Positions 19,555 through 28,356 of a stretch of 64,000 nt of DNA are shown piece by piece; position 1 is the first letter of the stretch; each line of letters starts with the position of its first letter. The translations under genes were made by a program, and so were the position numbers. The stretch is from Minisyncoccota bacterium. Lineage in GTDB: Bacteria > Patescibacteriota > Minisyncoccia > Phycocordibacterales > JACRKE01. The stretch is taken from assembly GCA_041660505.1 (NCBI GenBank), contig JBAZWG010000001.1, positions 23,758 to 87,757 of the forward strand. Direction: 5' to 3'. A model generated the notes under the pieces. It had not been told where the DNA came from. It saw nothing but the letters and a program-made list of their open reading frames with translations, and did no database searches.

Positions 19555-22500
19555 TTATTCTTCGTCCGACTTTTGTTTATCAAGCTTTTCTAATTGCACA
19601 TCGAGTGCCAAACCCTTGAGCTCGCTTAAGAGAACATTAAATGAAGCCGGGATATTCGGCTCGCGGATTTTCTCGCCCTTTACAATAGCATCGAAGGTCG
19701 CAGAACGGCCGACGATATCATCGGATTTGATAGTTAGCATTTCGCGAAGCATGTGAGCGGCGCCATAACCCTCGAGTGCCCACACCTCCATTTCTCCGAA
19801 TCTCTGCCCGCCACCTTGCGCCTTACCGCCCAAAGGCTGTTGGGTGATAAGCGAGTATGGCCCGATTGAGCGCATGTGAATCTTGTCCTCAACCATGTGG
19901 TGGAGCTTAAGAATATACATGACGCCGATGGCGATATCTTGTTCGAATTTCTCGCCGGTTAAGCCATCATAGAGAGTGACTTTACCTGATTCCGCCAAAC
20001 CGGAGCTGACTAGCTCGTCTTTGATCTCTTCGGTTGTTGCCCCAAGGAAGGTTGGCACAACGGCCTGGTAGCCGCCTCGCGTTGCCGTAAGACCCATATG
20101 CATTTCGAAGATTTGGCCCAAGTTCATACGAGAAGGCACACCGAGCGGAGTCAAGATAACATCGATTGGCGTTCCGTCGGCCATGTATGGCATATCCTCC
20201 TCCGGCAAAATTCTGGAGATGATACCTTTGTTACCGTGACGTCCGGCAAGCTTATCACCCACCGACACACTGCGGAGTTGAGCGACTTCTATATAGACTT
20301 TCTTAATGATGCCTGATTCGAGTTTGGCGCCTTTATCGCGGGAAAAAACTTTGACACCGATAACGCGACCGCGCTTGCCATGACCCATTCTTAATGAGGT
20401 ATCCTTTACGTCTCTGGATTTCTCGCCGAAGATAGAACGCAAAAGTCTTTCTTCTGGTGTCAGCTCCGTCTCACCCTTCGGCGTAATTTTACCGACAAGA
20501 ATATCGTTCGGGCCAACCTCGGCGCCAATACGGACAATACCGTCTTCATCAAGATCTTTGAGCTTCGATTCGCCGACATTTGGAATATCGTGGGTGGTAA
20601 CCTCCGGCCCAAGTTTGGTGTCGCGAACGCTTATCGAGAATTCCTCAACGTGAATCGAGGCGAATTTGCTGTTCTTAACTATGCGTTCGGAAATAATGAT
20701 AGCGTCTTCATAGTTCGCACCACCCCATGACATGAAGCCGACAAGGGCATTTTGGCCGAGAGCGATCTGGCCTTGATCGGTCGACGATGTGTCGGCCAAA
20801 ACTTCGCCCTTCTTAACCTCCTGTTTGAGTGACACGATTGGGCGCTGATGAAAGGCCGTGAAGTCGTTGGTACGGGCAAAATTTACGAGCGGATATTCGT
20901 CTCTGTCGCCTCCATTGGTCTTTACCACGATCTTGCGAGAGTCCACCTTCTCTACAACACCATCGTTCTTTGCAACAACGAGGCGGCCCGTGGCTGTCGC
21001 AATCTGTGCCTCCATACCAGTCGAAACAACAGGATATTCCGGAACGATACAAGGGGTTGCTTGGCGTTGCATGTTCGTACCCATGAGCGAACGGTTTGCG
21101 TTGTCATGCTCAAGGAATGGAATCATCGAGGTTGCCAAGGAAAATGCCTGATTCGGCGCAACGTCGATGAAGTCAATGTCGTCTCTGTTCGCCATGCCAG
21201 GGTTAGCCTTGATACGAGCCTCGACTTTTTCTTCTGTAAATTTGCCCTTCGCATCATAAGCGACGCCGGCGTGAGCAATGTTGTAACTCTCTTCTTCTAG
21301 CGCATTCAAGTAAACAACCTCGTCGGTTATCTTACCATTCTTTACTCGGCGATAAGGAGCCTCGATAATACCGAGATCGTTGATGCGCGCGTACGATGAA
21401 AGCGTAAGAATGAGACCGATGTTCGGACCCTCCGGCGTCTGGATAGGACAAACTCGGCCGTAGTGAGATGTATGTACATCGCGAACTTCGAAGCCGGCGC
21501 GCTCGCGCGTGAGACCTCCGGGACCAAGCGCAGACAAGCGGCGCAAGTGTTCGAGCTCCGACAAGACGTTCTCCTGACCGGCCAATTGTGAAAGTTGGTT
21601 GGTAGTAAAGAATTCTTTGATACGTGCCTGGAGTGGTCGCGGATTGACGACTTGTACCGGCATAACCGTACCGGTGTCGATAGTCGACATTCTGTCTTGC
21701 GTGTTGCGCTTCATCTGCGCCAGGCCGAGACGAACCTTGAGCTGGAACATTTCTCCAACGGGGCGAACACGGCGGAGACCGAGGTGGTCTATATCATCCG
21801 GCAAAGCCTCCGGATTGGCATTTAGCTCAAGAATATGGCGCACAGTGGCCAGAATATCTTCATAATTAAGCGTGCGCTTGGACATTGCCTTAGCGCCCAT
21901 ATCCATTCCGAAGCGCTTATTGAAGCGATATCGGCCGACGTGCGACAAATCATAGCGATCTTCTCCGAATAACGATTCTATATATTCCTTGGCGCTATCG
22001 GCGTTCGCGAGGTCATTATCGCGAAGGCGTTTGTACATTTCTACATATGAGTCCTCAACAGTCTTGGCATGGTCTTTGGCGAAGGCAAGCTCGATCATCT
22101 TCAAACCGTCTGGGAGGTCGGCAAAATCCTTTTTGATCTCCTCATCCTTCTTGCCAGAGAGAACGCGTAAGAATGAGCTGACGGGAATTTTGCGGCGTCT
22201 GTCTACGCGCACATACATAATGTCATCAGAATCGGTCTCAAGCTCAATCCACGAACCGCGAGCCGGAATAACTTTGGCACCGAAGAAATTTTTGCCTTTA
22301 ATTTCGAGCGCGGTGAAGAAGATACCGAAGCTTCTGGCCAGCTGGGGCACGACAATGCGCTCAACGCCGTTCACTACGAATGTGCCATGCTCGGTCATGA
22401 GGGGAAAGTCCGTCAAAAATATCTCCTGATCCTTCTCCTGGCCAAGAACTTTGTTGGTCAAACGGACGATGGCGCGGAGCGGAGTCTCATAACTTAACTT

Positions 22501-22743
22501 ATTTTCTTTAGCGTAAAAATCGTCATATTTAGGCTCATCAAGTTTAAAAGAGACGAATGAGAGGTCGAACTTCTTGCCGGAATAGTCGTGAATGACGGAA
22601 AATTCTTTAAAGACTTCTTTAAGACCGTCCTCGAGCAACCACTTATACGAGTTTCTCTGCATCTCGATTGGAGCAGGCAGATCGGCCAACGGCGGTTTGT
22701 ATTTCGAAAAATATTTCTTAACGATGGGCGTGGATGATGCCAT
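19555..22743 (-). CDS. rpoB: DNA-directed RNA polymerase beta subunit
   Basis: 1062 aa with conserved rpoB blocks (GRHGNKGIISRILP, EMEVWALEGYGAAHML). Confidence 0.98.
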   Translation of the reverse strand: MASSTPIVKKYFSKYKPPLADLPAPIEMQRNSYKWLLEDGLKEVFKEFSVIHDYSGKKFDLSFVSFKLDEPKYDDFYAKENKLSYETPLRAIVRLTNKVLGQEKDQEIFLTDFPLMTEHGTFVVNGVERIVVPQLARSFGIFFTALEIKGKNFFGAKVIPARGSWIELETDSDDIMYVRVDRRRKIPVSSFLRVLSGKKDEEIKKDFADLPDGLKMIELAFAKDHAKTVEDSYVEMYKRLRDNDLANADSAKEYIESLFGEDRYDLSHVGRYRFNKRFGMDMGAKAMSKRTLNYEDILATVRHILELNANPEALPDDIDHLGLRRVRPVGEMFQLKVRLGLAQMKRNTQDRMSTIDTGTVMPVQVVNPRPLQARIKEFFTTNQLSQLAGQENVLSELEHLRRLSALGPGGLTRERAGFEVRDVHTSHYGRVCPIQTPEGPNIGLILTLSSYARINDLGIIEAPYRRVKNGKITDEVVYLNALEEESYNIAHAGVAYDAKGKFTEEKVEARIKANPGMANRDDIDFIDVAPNQAFSLATSMIPFLEHDNANRSLMGTNMQRQATPCIVPEYPVVSTGMEAQIATATGRLVVAKNDGVVEKVDSRKIVVKTNGGDRDEYPLVNFARTNDFTAFHQRPIVSLKQEVKKGEVLADTSSTDQGQIALGQNALVGFMSWGGANYEDAIIISERIVKNSKFASIHVEEFSISVRDTKLGPEVTTHDIPNVGESKLKDLDEDGIVRIGAEVGPNDILVGKITPKGETELTPEERLLRSIFGEKSRDVKDTSLRMGHGKRGRVIGVKVFSRDKGAKLESGIIKKVYIEVAQLRSVSVGDKLAGRHGNKGIISRILPEEDMPYMADGTPIDVILTPLGVPSRMNLGQIFEMHMGLTATRGGYQAVVPTFLGATTEEIKDELVSSGLAESGKVTLYDGLTGEKFEQDIAIGVMYILKLHHMVEDKIHMRSIGPYSLITQQPLGGKAQGGGQRFGEMEVWALEGYGAAHMLREMLTIKSDDIVGRSATFDAIVKGEKIREPNIPASFNVLLSELKGLALDVQLEKLDKQKSDEE

Positions 22744-22759
22744 AATGAAATATAGTTAG

Positions 22760-22797
22760 ATAACAAATAAAAGCACGAGTGGATAACTTCTCGTGTC
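22760..22797 (-). terminator. Intrinsic terminator downstream of rpoB (minus strand)
   Basis: Reverse complement cacgagaagttatccactcgtg followed by cttttatttgtt. Confidence 0.6.
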
Positions 22798-22978
22798 GTT
22801 CGTGTTATTAATTAGTGGTGATAAGTGTATGCAAAGTACTTACGCGATACTTGTACACTTTAATAAAGACTCACCACTCGCCCCCAGCCAAAACTCAATC
22901 TTGCAAGTGTTGATAAGTAGTATAGTAGAAAAGCCCAAATATGTCAACACTTATCCACAGTTTAGGGACTTGACTGGC

Positions 22979-23629
22979 CTAATGCGCCTTTTTCCACTCG
23001 TCAATTTTTTTGTGATTCCCCGAAGTCAAAACAGCGGGGACTTTATATCGTTTCTCTTTCCACTCCAGAATCTCCGGCCTGGTATAAACATCGTGAGCAC
23101 TTACTCTTTTCTCTTCTATAGAACTTTCGTTGCCTAAAACACCAGAAATCTGTCTGGATACGGCATCTGCGACAATTAGCGCCGGCAACTCCCCGCCTGT
23201 CAGCACATAAGGCCCGACAGAAATTTCATCACCCTTTAATATTTTCTTAACGCGCGCGTCAATGCCTTCATACCGCCCGCAAATTAAAACTATATCAGTA
23301 TATTTTGTATAACCTTTGGCGATAGTATTTGTAAACTGCTTCCCCGCCGGCGAAAAATGAATTATCTTGAATTTATTATATCCTTCTCCACTTTCCACTT
23401 TCGACTTTATACTTTCAACTGTCCGCAGGACAGGTTCCGCATACATCACCATCCCCGGGCCGCCGCCATATGGTATGTCGTCGGTCTTATGATGCTTGTC
23501 GGTCGTAAAATCCCGCGGGTTGTAGAAAGTAATCGAAATTGCGCCAGAGCTTTGTGCTCGCTTCAGTATGGAGTCTTCGGTATAAGGCCGAATAATCTCC
23601 GGAAATGTAGTGATAATATGAAAACGCAT
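22979..23629 (-). CDS. trmD: tRNA (guanine37-N1)-methyltransferase TrmD
   Basis: MRFHIITTFPEII start, IPYGGGPGMVM, GRYEGIDARV motifs. Start set to internal ATG at 23629. Confidence 0.9.
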   Translation of the reverse strand: MRFHIITTFPEIIRPYTEDSILKRAQSSGAISITFYNPRDFTTDKHHKTDDIPYGGGPGMVMYAEPVLRTVESIKSKVESGEGYNKFKIIHFSPAGKQFTNTIAKGYTKYTDIVLICGRYEGIDARVKKILKGDEISVGPYVLTGGELPALIVADAVSRQISGVLGNESSIEEKRVSAHDVYTRPEILEWKEKRYKVPAVLTSGNHKKIDEWKKAH

Positions 23630-23665
23630 CTGCAAAGAATAGCAGTTTTTTGTACTTAACGCCAT

Positions 23666-23932
23666 CTAGTGGGCAAACACAAATTTCTCCACTTTGTCCA
23701 CTCTTTCTACTAATTCCTCGTGATCGAGAGTACTTACAGAGTTTACTTTAAGAAAAGCGACGTCGCGTTTGACCTGTGTCATATCTGCTTCCAGATTTTG
23801 CAGACGCTCGTCAACCTTGTCTAATCTCTGATTAACGCCAGAAAATCCGTTCGCCATCATGACGGCAAGTTTGTCTACGGTCTCCTCGATATGACTTATT
23901 TTTTCTTCGGATGCTTCGCTCATAACCATCAT
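23666..23932 (-). CDS. Small coiled-coil protein (hypothetical), paralog of 48850..49119
   Basis: About 89 aa from the MMVMSEASEEK start. Shares ...QVKRDVAFLK.../...HEELVERVDKVEKF with the 48850 ORF (KVKQDVEFIR / HEDLRSRVGKIESK). Confidence 0.5.
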   Translation of the reverse strand: MMVMSEASEEKISHIEETVDKLAVMMANGFSGVNQRLDKVDERLQNLEADMTQVKRDVAFLKVNSVSTLDHEELVERVDKVEKFVFAH

Positions 23933-24068
23933 GATACTCCAGAGCAAAAATATAACAAGTTGATAACAAAAAACCGCCCGGAGGCGGCTTCTTGGTTCCA
24001 GAGGTTGAACCTTTCCTACCCCCGGCAGGCGCGGTTGATGCTTAAGGTTCAACTTCTTCCAGTCTTTA

Positions 24069-24434
24069 TTATAACTTAAGATCTGCCATGGCTTCATCGA
24101 CCGTCTTGGTCGGTGTAGTCTGGGTGTTCTGTAGCGGGCGGTTCTCTATGCCGACACCCAAATCGTCTTTCTTAATACCGCCTGTGCCGCCTATCGGTTC
24201 GTTGATCTTAAGATTAACACGAGCGTTATTCTTGAGGCCGACAATGCGGAGCAAAGTGCGGATAGCCTTGGCGGTGTTGCCACTGCGACCGATTATCTTA
24301 CCCATGTCCTCCGGATGCACATCGAGCGTGAGCAATACGCCCATCTCGTCAACTGTCCTGTTCACCTTCACTGACTCCGGATGATCTGCAAGCGCCTTAA
24401 TGATACTCTCCAGAAATACCTGATCTTGTTCCAT
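24069..24434 (-). CDS. KH-domain RNA-binding protein (UPF0109/YlqC-like)
   Basis: GKIIGRSGNTAKAIRTLL KH GXXG loop. Sits in the conserved position after rpsP. Confidence 0.8.
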   Translation of the reverse strand: MEQDQVFLESIIKALADHPESVKVNRTVDEMGVLLTLDVHPEDMGKIIGRSGNTAKAIRTLLRIVGLKNNARVNLKINEPIGGTGGIKKDDLGVGIENRPLQNTQTTPTKTVDEAMADLKL

Positions 24435-24526
24435 ACGTGATATTAGAAACTAGTAATAACTTTATAATGTGCTAACTATACATGAGTGCTCGCCATCCTT
24501 CAATCAAGACTGTGAATATCTGCGCG

Positions 24527-24829
24527 CTAAGCGGCAGGAGCGGCGGCCTTGGCCTTCGGGTCAACCTTCTTCTTGCCAACCTTCGAGACCTTCTTGGACT
24601 CGATGAGTTTGTGATTAACCAGGATATTGTGTACCGTATCAGTCACCTGTACGCCTTGCTTGAGCCAGTGCGCGATACGTGTTTTGTCGAGCTGGGCTTT
24701 GCCACCTCGAGCATTATATGAGCCAACCACTTCTAAAAATCTGCCGCTTTTTGCCGAATTCTGCGAATCGGTCACAACCATGCGGAATGACGGATCGTTC
24801 GCTCTGCCCACACGTGATAATCGTATCAT
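24527..24829 (-). CDS. rpsP: 30S ribosomal protein S16
   Basis: MIRLSRVGRANDPSFRMVVTDSQNSAKSGRFLEVVGSYN matches the bS16 N-terminus. Confidence 0.9.
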   Translation of the reverse strand: MIRLSRVGRANDPSFRMVVTDSQNSAKSGRFLEVVGSYNARGGKAQLDKTRIAHWLKQGVQVTDTVHNILVNHKLIESKKVSKVGKKKVDPKAKAAAPAA

Positions 24830-24866
24830 TAACATAATCGTGCTATACTACCGAAAATATTAGGAT

Positions 24867-26864
24867 ATGTCAAAGCATAAACAAGAGGAAACACACAAAA
24901 TGGGAACAATAGCCACGACCGGTAAGGGTCTAGGCTTCGTTGCCGTTGAGGGCTTCGACGATGATGCCATGATCCAACAAGGAGAGCTCAATTGCGCTCT
25001 GAATGGCGATACTGTCGAACTGGAACTTCTCCCACGAGTTAGCAAACGTGTAGGGGCTAGGGTTGTGAAAGTACTCGCACGGAAGAAGACAACATTCGTC
25101 GGCACCGTTGTGCGCGTAGGCGACAAGAAAAGCCAGAAGCCTCTTTATGATCTCATTCCGGACGATACGAAATGTTACGTGCATTTCGTTATCACTAATA
25201 CCGACTTCCCCGACCTCACACACGAAGTGAAGGCGCAAGTTGAGATGAATGCGTGGACTGACCCGAGCGTTCCGCCGACCGCAACCGTAACACAAGTCTT
25301 CGGCTCTGCCGGCACGCACCGTGCCGAGATGGGCGCTATTATCGCCGGCGCAGGCTTCGATAATTCATTTACTAAAGATATCGATGCGGCGGCGGAGAAG
25401 CTTAAGCATAGTTACGCGCAGGATCTGGAAAATGAACGAGCTAAACGCCGAGATTTTAGCAACGTCCTAACCTTTACCATCGACCCGTTCGACGCGAAGG
25501 ATTTCGACGACGCACTGTCATACCAGAAGCTCGCAAACGGCCAGCACGAGATTGGCATTCATATCGCCGACGTGTCGCACTTCGTCCGCCCCGGCACAAT
25601 ATTGGATGAAGAAGCTTATCGAAGGGCTACTTCTGTCTACCTTGTCGACCGCACCATCCCAATGTTACCGGAGGCTTTAAGCAACGATATCTGCAGTCTT
25701 AAGCCGCACGAGCCAAGACTTACCTTTTCTGCCGTGTTCACCATGGACGACAACGCAACTATTCTGAACTCGTGGTTTGGCCGAACTATAATTAACTCCG
25801 ATCACCGCTTCACTTATGAGTCGGCACAGGAGGTGCTCGACCATCCCGGCAAGGATGAGAAGTTCGGGCAGATTCTCGCGCGCATGAACAAGTTCGCCAA
25901 GCTCCTTAATGAGCGCGGGATGAAGCGCGGTGCGATATCATTCGAGAACGATCGCGAGGTCAAATTCGAGCTCGATGCAGATGGTAAACCAATTCGCCTC
26001 ATCAAGAAAGAACGCACCGATTCGCACAAACTTATCGAAGAGTTCATGCTCCTCGCCAATCGCAGAGTAGCGGAATATGCCTCTGCCTTGGGTTCCGAAG
26101 CCGGGCCTCTGGGGGCTCGAGGCGCGGCTTCTGTATCCAAGCCGGTAGTCTTTATCTATCGTAATCACGATATCCCAAATGTTGATAAAGTGATGAACCT
26201 GAAGGAATTTCTCGGCTCTCTCGGCCACAAACTGCATATCAAGGGCAAGAAGTTGCGGGCAGAAGAACTGAACGAGGTATTGCAGTCTGCAGGCGACGAT
26301 CCGGCGCTCGGCGCGCTTATCGAGAAGAGTATCCTACGCTCGATGGCCAAGGCAGTCTATTCCACAAAAAATATCGGCCACTATAGCCTCGCCTTCGAGC
26401 ATTACACCCACTTTACCTCACCCATTCGCCGCTATCCGGACGTGATGGTGCATCGCTTGCTGTTTGAATATCTGGAGGACCGCCACCCTGATAAATCAGA
26501 ATTAAAGGCGTACGAAGAAAGATGCCTGCATTCCTCTGTGCGCGAACGCGAGGCAATGCATGCCGAGTGGGACTCGATTAAGTATAAACAATCAGAATAT
26601 CTGGCGTCGCATGTGGGCGACGAATACGAAGCGGTCATCACTAGCGTAACCGACTGGGGCATGTATGTAGAAACGATAGAAGAACTCTGCGAAGGTCTCG
26701 TCTCTGTAAGAGACATGACTGACGACTTCTATGAACATCACGAAAAAGCCTACGCCTTAGTAGGCCAGAAAAAGAAGAGGAGATTTAGAGTCGGTGACAC
26801 ATTGAGAGTAAAAGTTAAAGGCACCGACGTAGCCAAAAAGCAAGTGAACTTCGTCCTTGCATAA
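24867..26864 (+). CDS. rnr: Ribonuclease R / RNB-family 3'-5' exoribonuclease
   Basis: Cold-shock-like N-terminus. RNB catalytic region (FTIDPFDAKDFDDALS, GIHIADVSHFV). C-terminal S1 domain. Confidence 0.9.
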   Translation: MSKHKQEETHKMGTIATTGKGLGFVAVEGFDDDAMIQQGELNCALNGDTVELELLPRVSKRVGARVVKVLARKKTTFVGTVVRVGDKKSQKPLYDLIPDDTKCYVHFVITNTDFPDLTHEVKAQVEMNAWTDPSVPPTATVTQVFGSAGTHRAEMGAIIAGAGFDNSFTKDIDAAAEKLKHSYAQDLENERAKRRDFSNVLTFTIDPFDAKDFDDALSYQKLANGQHEIGIHIADVSHFVRPGTILDEEAYRRATSVYLVDRTIPMLPEALSNDICSLKPHEPRLTFSAVFTMDDNATILNSWFGRTIINSDHRFTYESAQEVLDHPGKDEKFGQILARMNKFAKLLNERGMKRGAISFENDREVKFELDADGKPIRLIKKERTDSHKLIEEFMLLANRRVAEYASALGSEAGPLGARGAASVSKPVVFIYRNHDIPNVDKVMNLKEFLGSLGHKLHIKGKKLRAEELNEVLQSAGDDPALGALIEKSILRSMAKAVYSTKNIGHYSLAFEHYTHFTSPIRRYPDVMVHRLLFEYLEDRHPDKSELKAYEERCLHSSVREREAMHAEWDSIKYKQSEYLASHVGDEYEAVITSVTDWGMYVETIEELCEGLVSVRDMTDDFYEHHEKAYALVGQKKKRRFRVGDTLRVKVKGTDVAKKQVNFVLA

Positions 26865-26872
26865 TTGTACCA

Positions 26873-27250
26873 ATGCGCCGAATATGCTTAAATGCATTCG
26901 GAGGTGATCGCGTGAGAAAATCGGAAAATAGGTTCACTAGTCTGTTTGTTGCGATTCAGGAAGTACTTGTTGGCGATACTGCCAGCGAGGAAATCATGGA
27001 CGCAATCGGCCAGATTTTTAGACAGAGACATTTTTACCATACCAGCCTTAAACTCGAAGAACTGGACGGTGGCGGTCTTGAGGCCAAATTCACGATCTAC
27101 ATAGGCCGATGTTTTGCGATTCCTGACGACCAGGATCTGTCCCAGTTCAAATCCTTCGCGGTCACATCATTTGCCGCTAAGGAGATATCTCACGCAGAAA
27201 TGTTAGAGGTATCAGAGGACTTCAAGGCGGAAGTTGAAACACTAATGTGA
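26873..27250 (+). CDS. Hypothetical protein
   Basis: 125-aa ORF 9 nt after the rnr stop. Followed by an 11-bp perfect hairpin (27271-27297). Confidence 0.4.
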   Translation: MRRICLNAFGGDRVRKSENRFTSLFVAIQEVLVGDTASEEIMDAIGQIFRQRHFYHTSLKLEELDGGGLEAKFTIYIGRCFAIPDDQDLSQFKSFAVTSFAAKEISHAEMLEVSEDFKAEVETLM

Positions 27251-27338
27251 ACGCCCTATTCACGCACGAAAACTCCGGTCAATCACTGACCGGAGTTGCA
27301 GTTTCCATGACATTTTAAAAACATTAATTAATACTAAT

Positions 27339-27372
27339 ACATCATTTCTGTGCTATAGCAGATATCTGATGT
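27339..27372. promoter_or_regulatory. Composite palindrome ACATCAT-N5-TGCTATAGCA-N6-TGATGT (copy 1)
   Basis: Outer 6-bp inverted arms around a perfect inner 10-bp palindrome. Second copy at 27960-27993 on the other side of the PaaX-like gene. Confidence 0.4.
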
Positions 27373-27380
27373 AATAGTAG

Positions 27381-27941
27381 TTAGTTGAGTTTGAAGTGGT
27401 CGCGCAATTTATTATCGGGCGAGATATCGGAGCGCATATAATAGACATGTTCCGGAATATCGAAGTAGTTAATAACAAAATTGATCTCATTTTCACAATC
27501 GAACGGAAATACAAAAACGCTTTTCTGGAACTCCTTGAATCCAAGTCTTTTTAGAGTGTGCCTTAGCGCGTCACGCGTCCTTTTGCTCTCTTCTGGAACA
27601 TCGAACAAAACTACGCGCCAGCGACCGTCCCACTTCTTCTTCGGCTTAAGCTTTAAATTTTTGAACTCCTGGTCTAGGAAATATGCCCTCCCTTTATTCG
27701 TAAGGCGCACCTCCTCAAGATTATTCGTCTTTATCCGCTCAACAAGTCCGCGCGCTTGATAGCGTTCGAGTAATACATAGAGCTTCTTGCGATCGATCTT
27801 ATACCAGATCTTATCGCAAACATTAGCCATTCGCCTACGCTCATAGTTCGTTCGTTGAAAAGCGAGAAAAGACTTAGCCGCCAATAGTGAAAGTATTTGA
27901 AATGAAAACTTGGTCGAGTCTTTAATGTCTTTGACTATCAT
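27381..27941 (-). CDS. PaaX-like winged-helix regulator (wHTH + Cas2-like C-terminal fold)
   Basis: KWDGRWRVVLFDVPEESKRTRDALRHTLKRLGFKEFQKSVFVFP resembles the PaaX C-terminal region. N-terminal HTH-like segment. Confidence 0.55.
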   Translation of the reverse strand: MIVKDIKDSTKFSFQILSLLAAKSFLAFQRTNYERRRMANVCDKIWYKIDRKKLYVLLERYQARGLVERIKTNNLEEVRLTNKGRAYFLDQEFKNLKLKPKKKWDGRWRVVLFDVPEESKRTRDALRHTLKRLGFKEFQKSVFVFPFDCENEINFVINYFDIPEHVYYMRSDISPDNKLRDHFKLN

Positions 27942-27959
27942 AATTCGATTCTATCAACT

Positions 27960-27993
27960 ACATCATCCCTCTGCTATAGCAACGAAGTGATGT
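27960..27993. promoter_or_regulatory. Composite palindrome copy 2, extended by outer tatcaac/gttgata arms (27952-28001)
   Basis: ACATCATccctcTGCTATAGCAacgaagTGATGT immediately upstream of the PaaX-like start. Candidate operator. Confidence 0.4.
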
Positions 27994-28027
27994 ATGTTGA
28001 TAACTGGAGAAACGGGGGCGGGGCGGG

Positions 28028-28056
28028 TAAAAAATGCGAAGGACCAGGTCCTCCGC
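28028..28056 (-). terminator. Intrinsic terminator ending the copper operon (minus strand)
   Basis: Reverse complement gcggaggacctggtccttcgc followed by attttttac. Confidence 0.6.
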
Positions 28057-28089
28057 GGGTCTAGTCCTTGTTCGGTTCTGCTCTCAAGC

Positions 28090-28356
28090 TCAATCCTTGA
28101 ACGTGGCTACGTATGATTCTAGGAGAGCTAGAAACTCTTCTGGTGGCCTAGGTGATTGGTGGGTCTCGACGTCACACCTGCAAGGACCAATGAGTCCCCA
28201 TTTATCACTACTGTTTATGTCGTTCTCACAATATGAAATGTGGACTCTACGACCAACCTTAGTCGCAACGCAAAAAATCACCGTAGCCCCGTCACTTTTG
28301 ATAAATCTCAAGAGCTCACCTCCGTTATCAATCACAGTATACAGTCTTTCAGACAA
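28090..28356 (-). CDS. Cys-containing 88-aa hypothetical protein downstream of copA (TTG start)
   Basis: Starts 1 nt after the copA stop. FC..YC..PCRC cysteines. GC-rich. Followed by the minus-strand terminator. Confidence 0.35.
   Translation of the reverse strand: MSERLYTVIDNGGELLRFIKSDGATVIFCVATKVGRRVHISYCENDINSSDKWGLIGPCRCDVETHQSPRPPEEFLALLESYVATFKD

Noticed and set aside
22744-22978. Calling this intergenic region oriC
   Set aside because: Only weak evidence from DnaA-box-like 9-mers. No dnaA/dnaN nearby. Kept as a low-interest finding rather than a feature.
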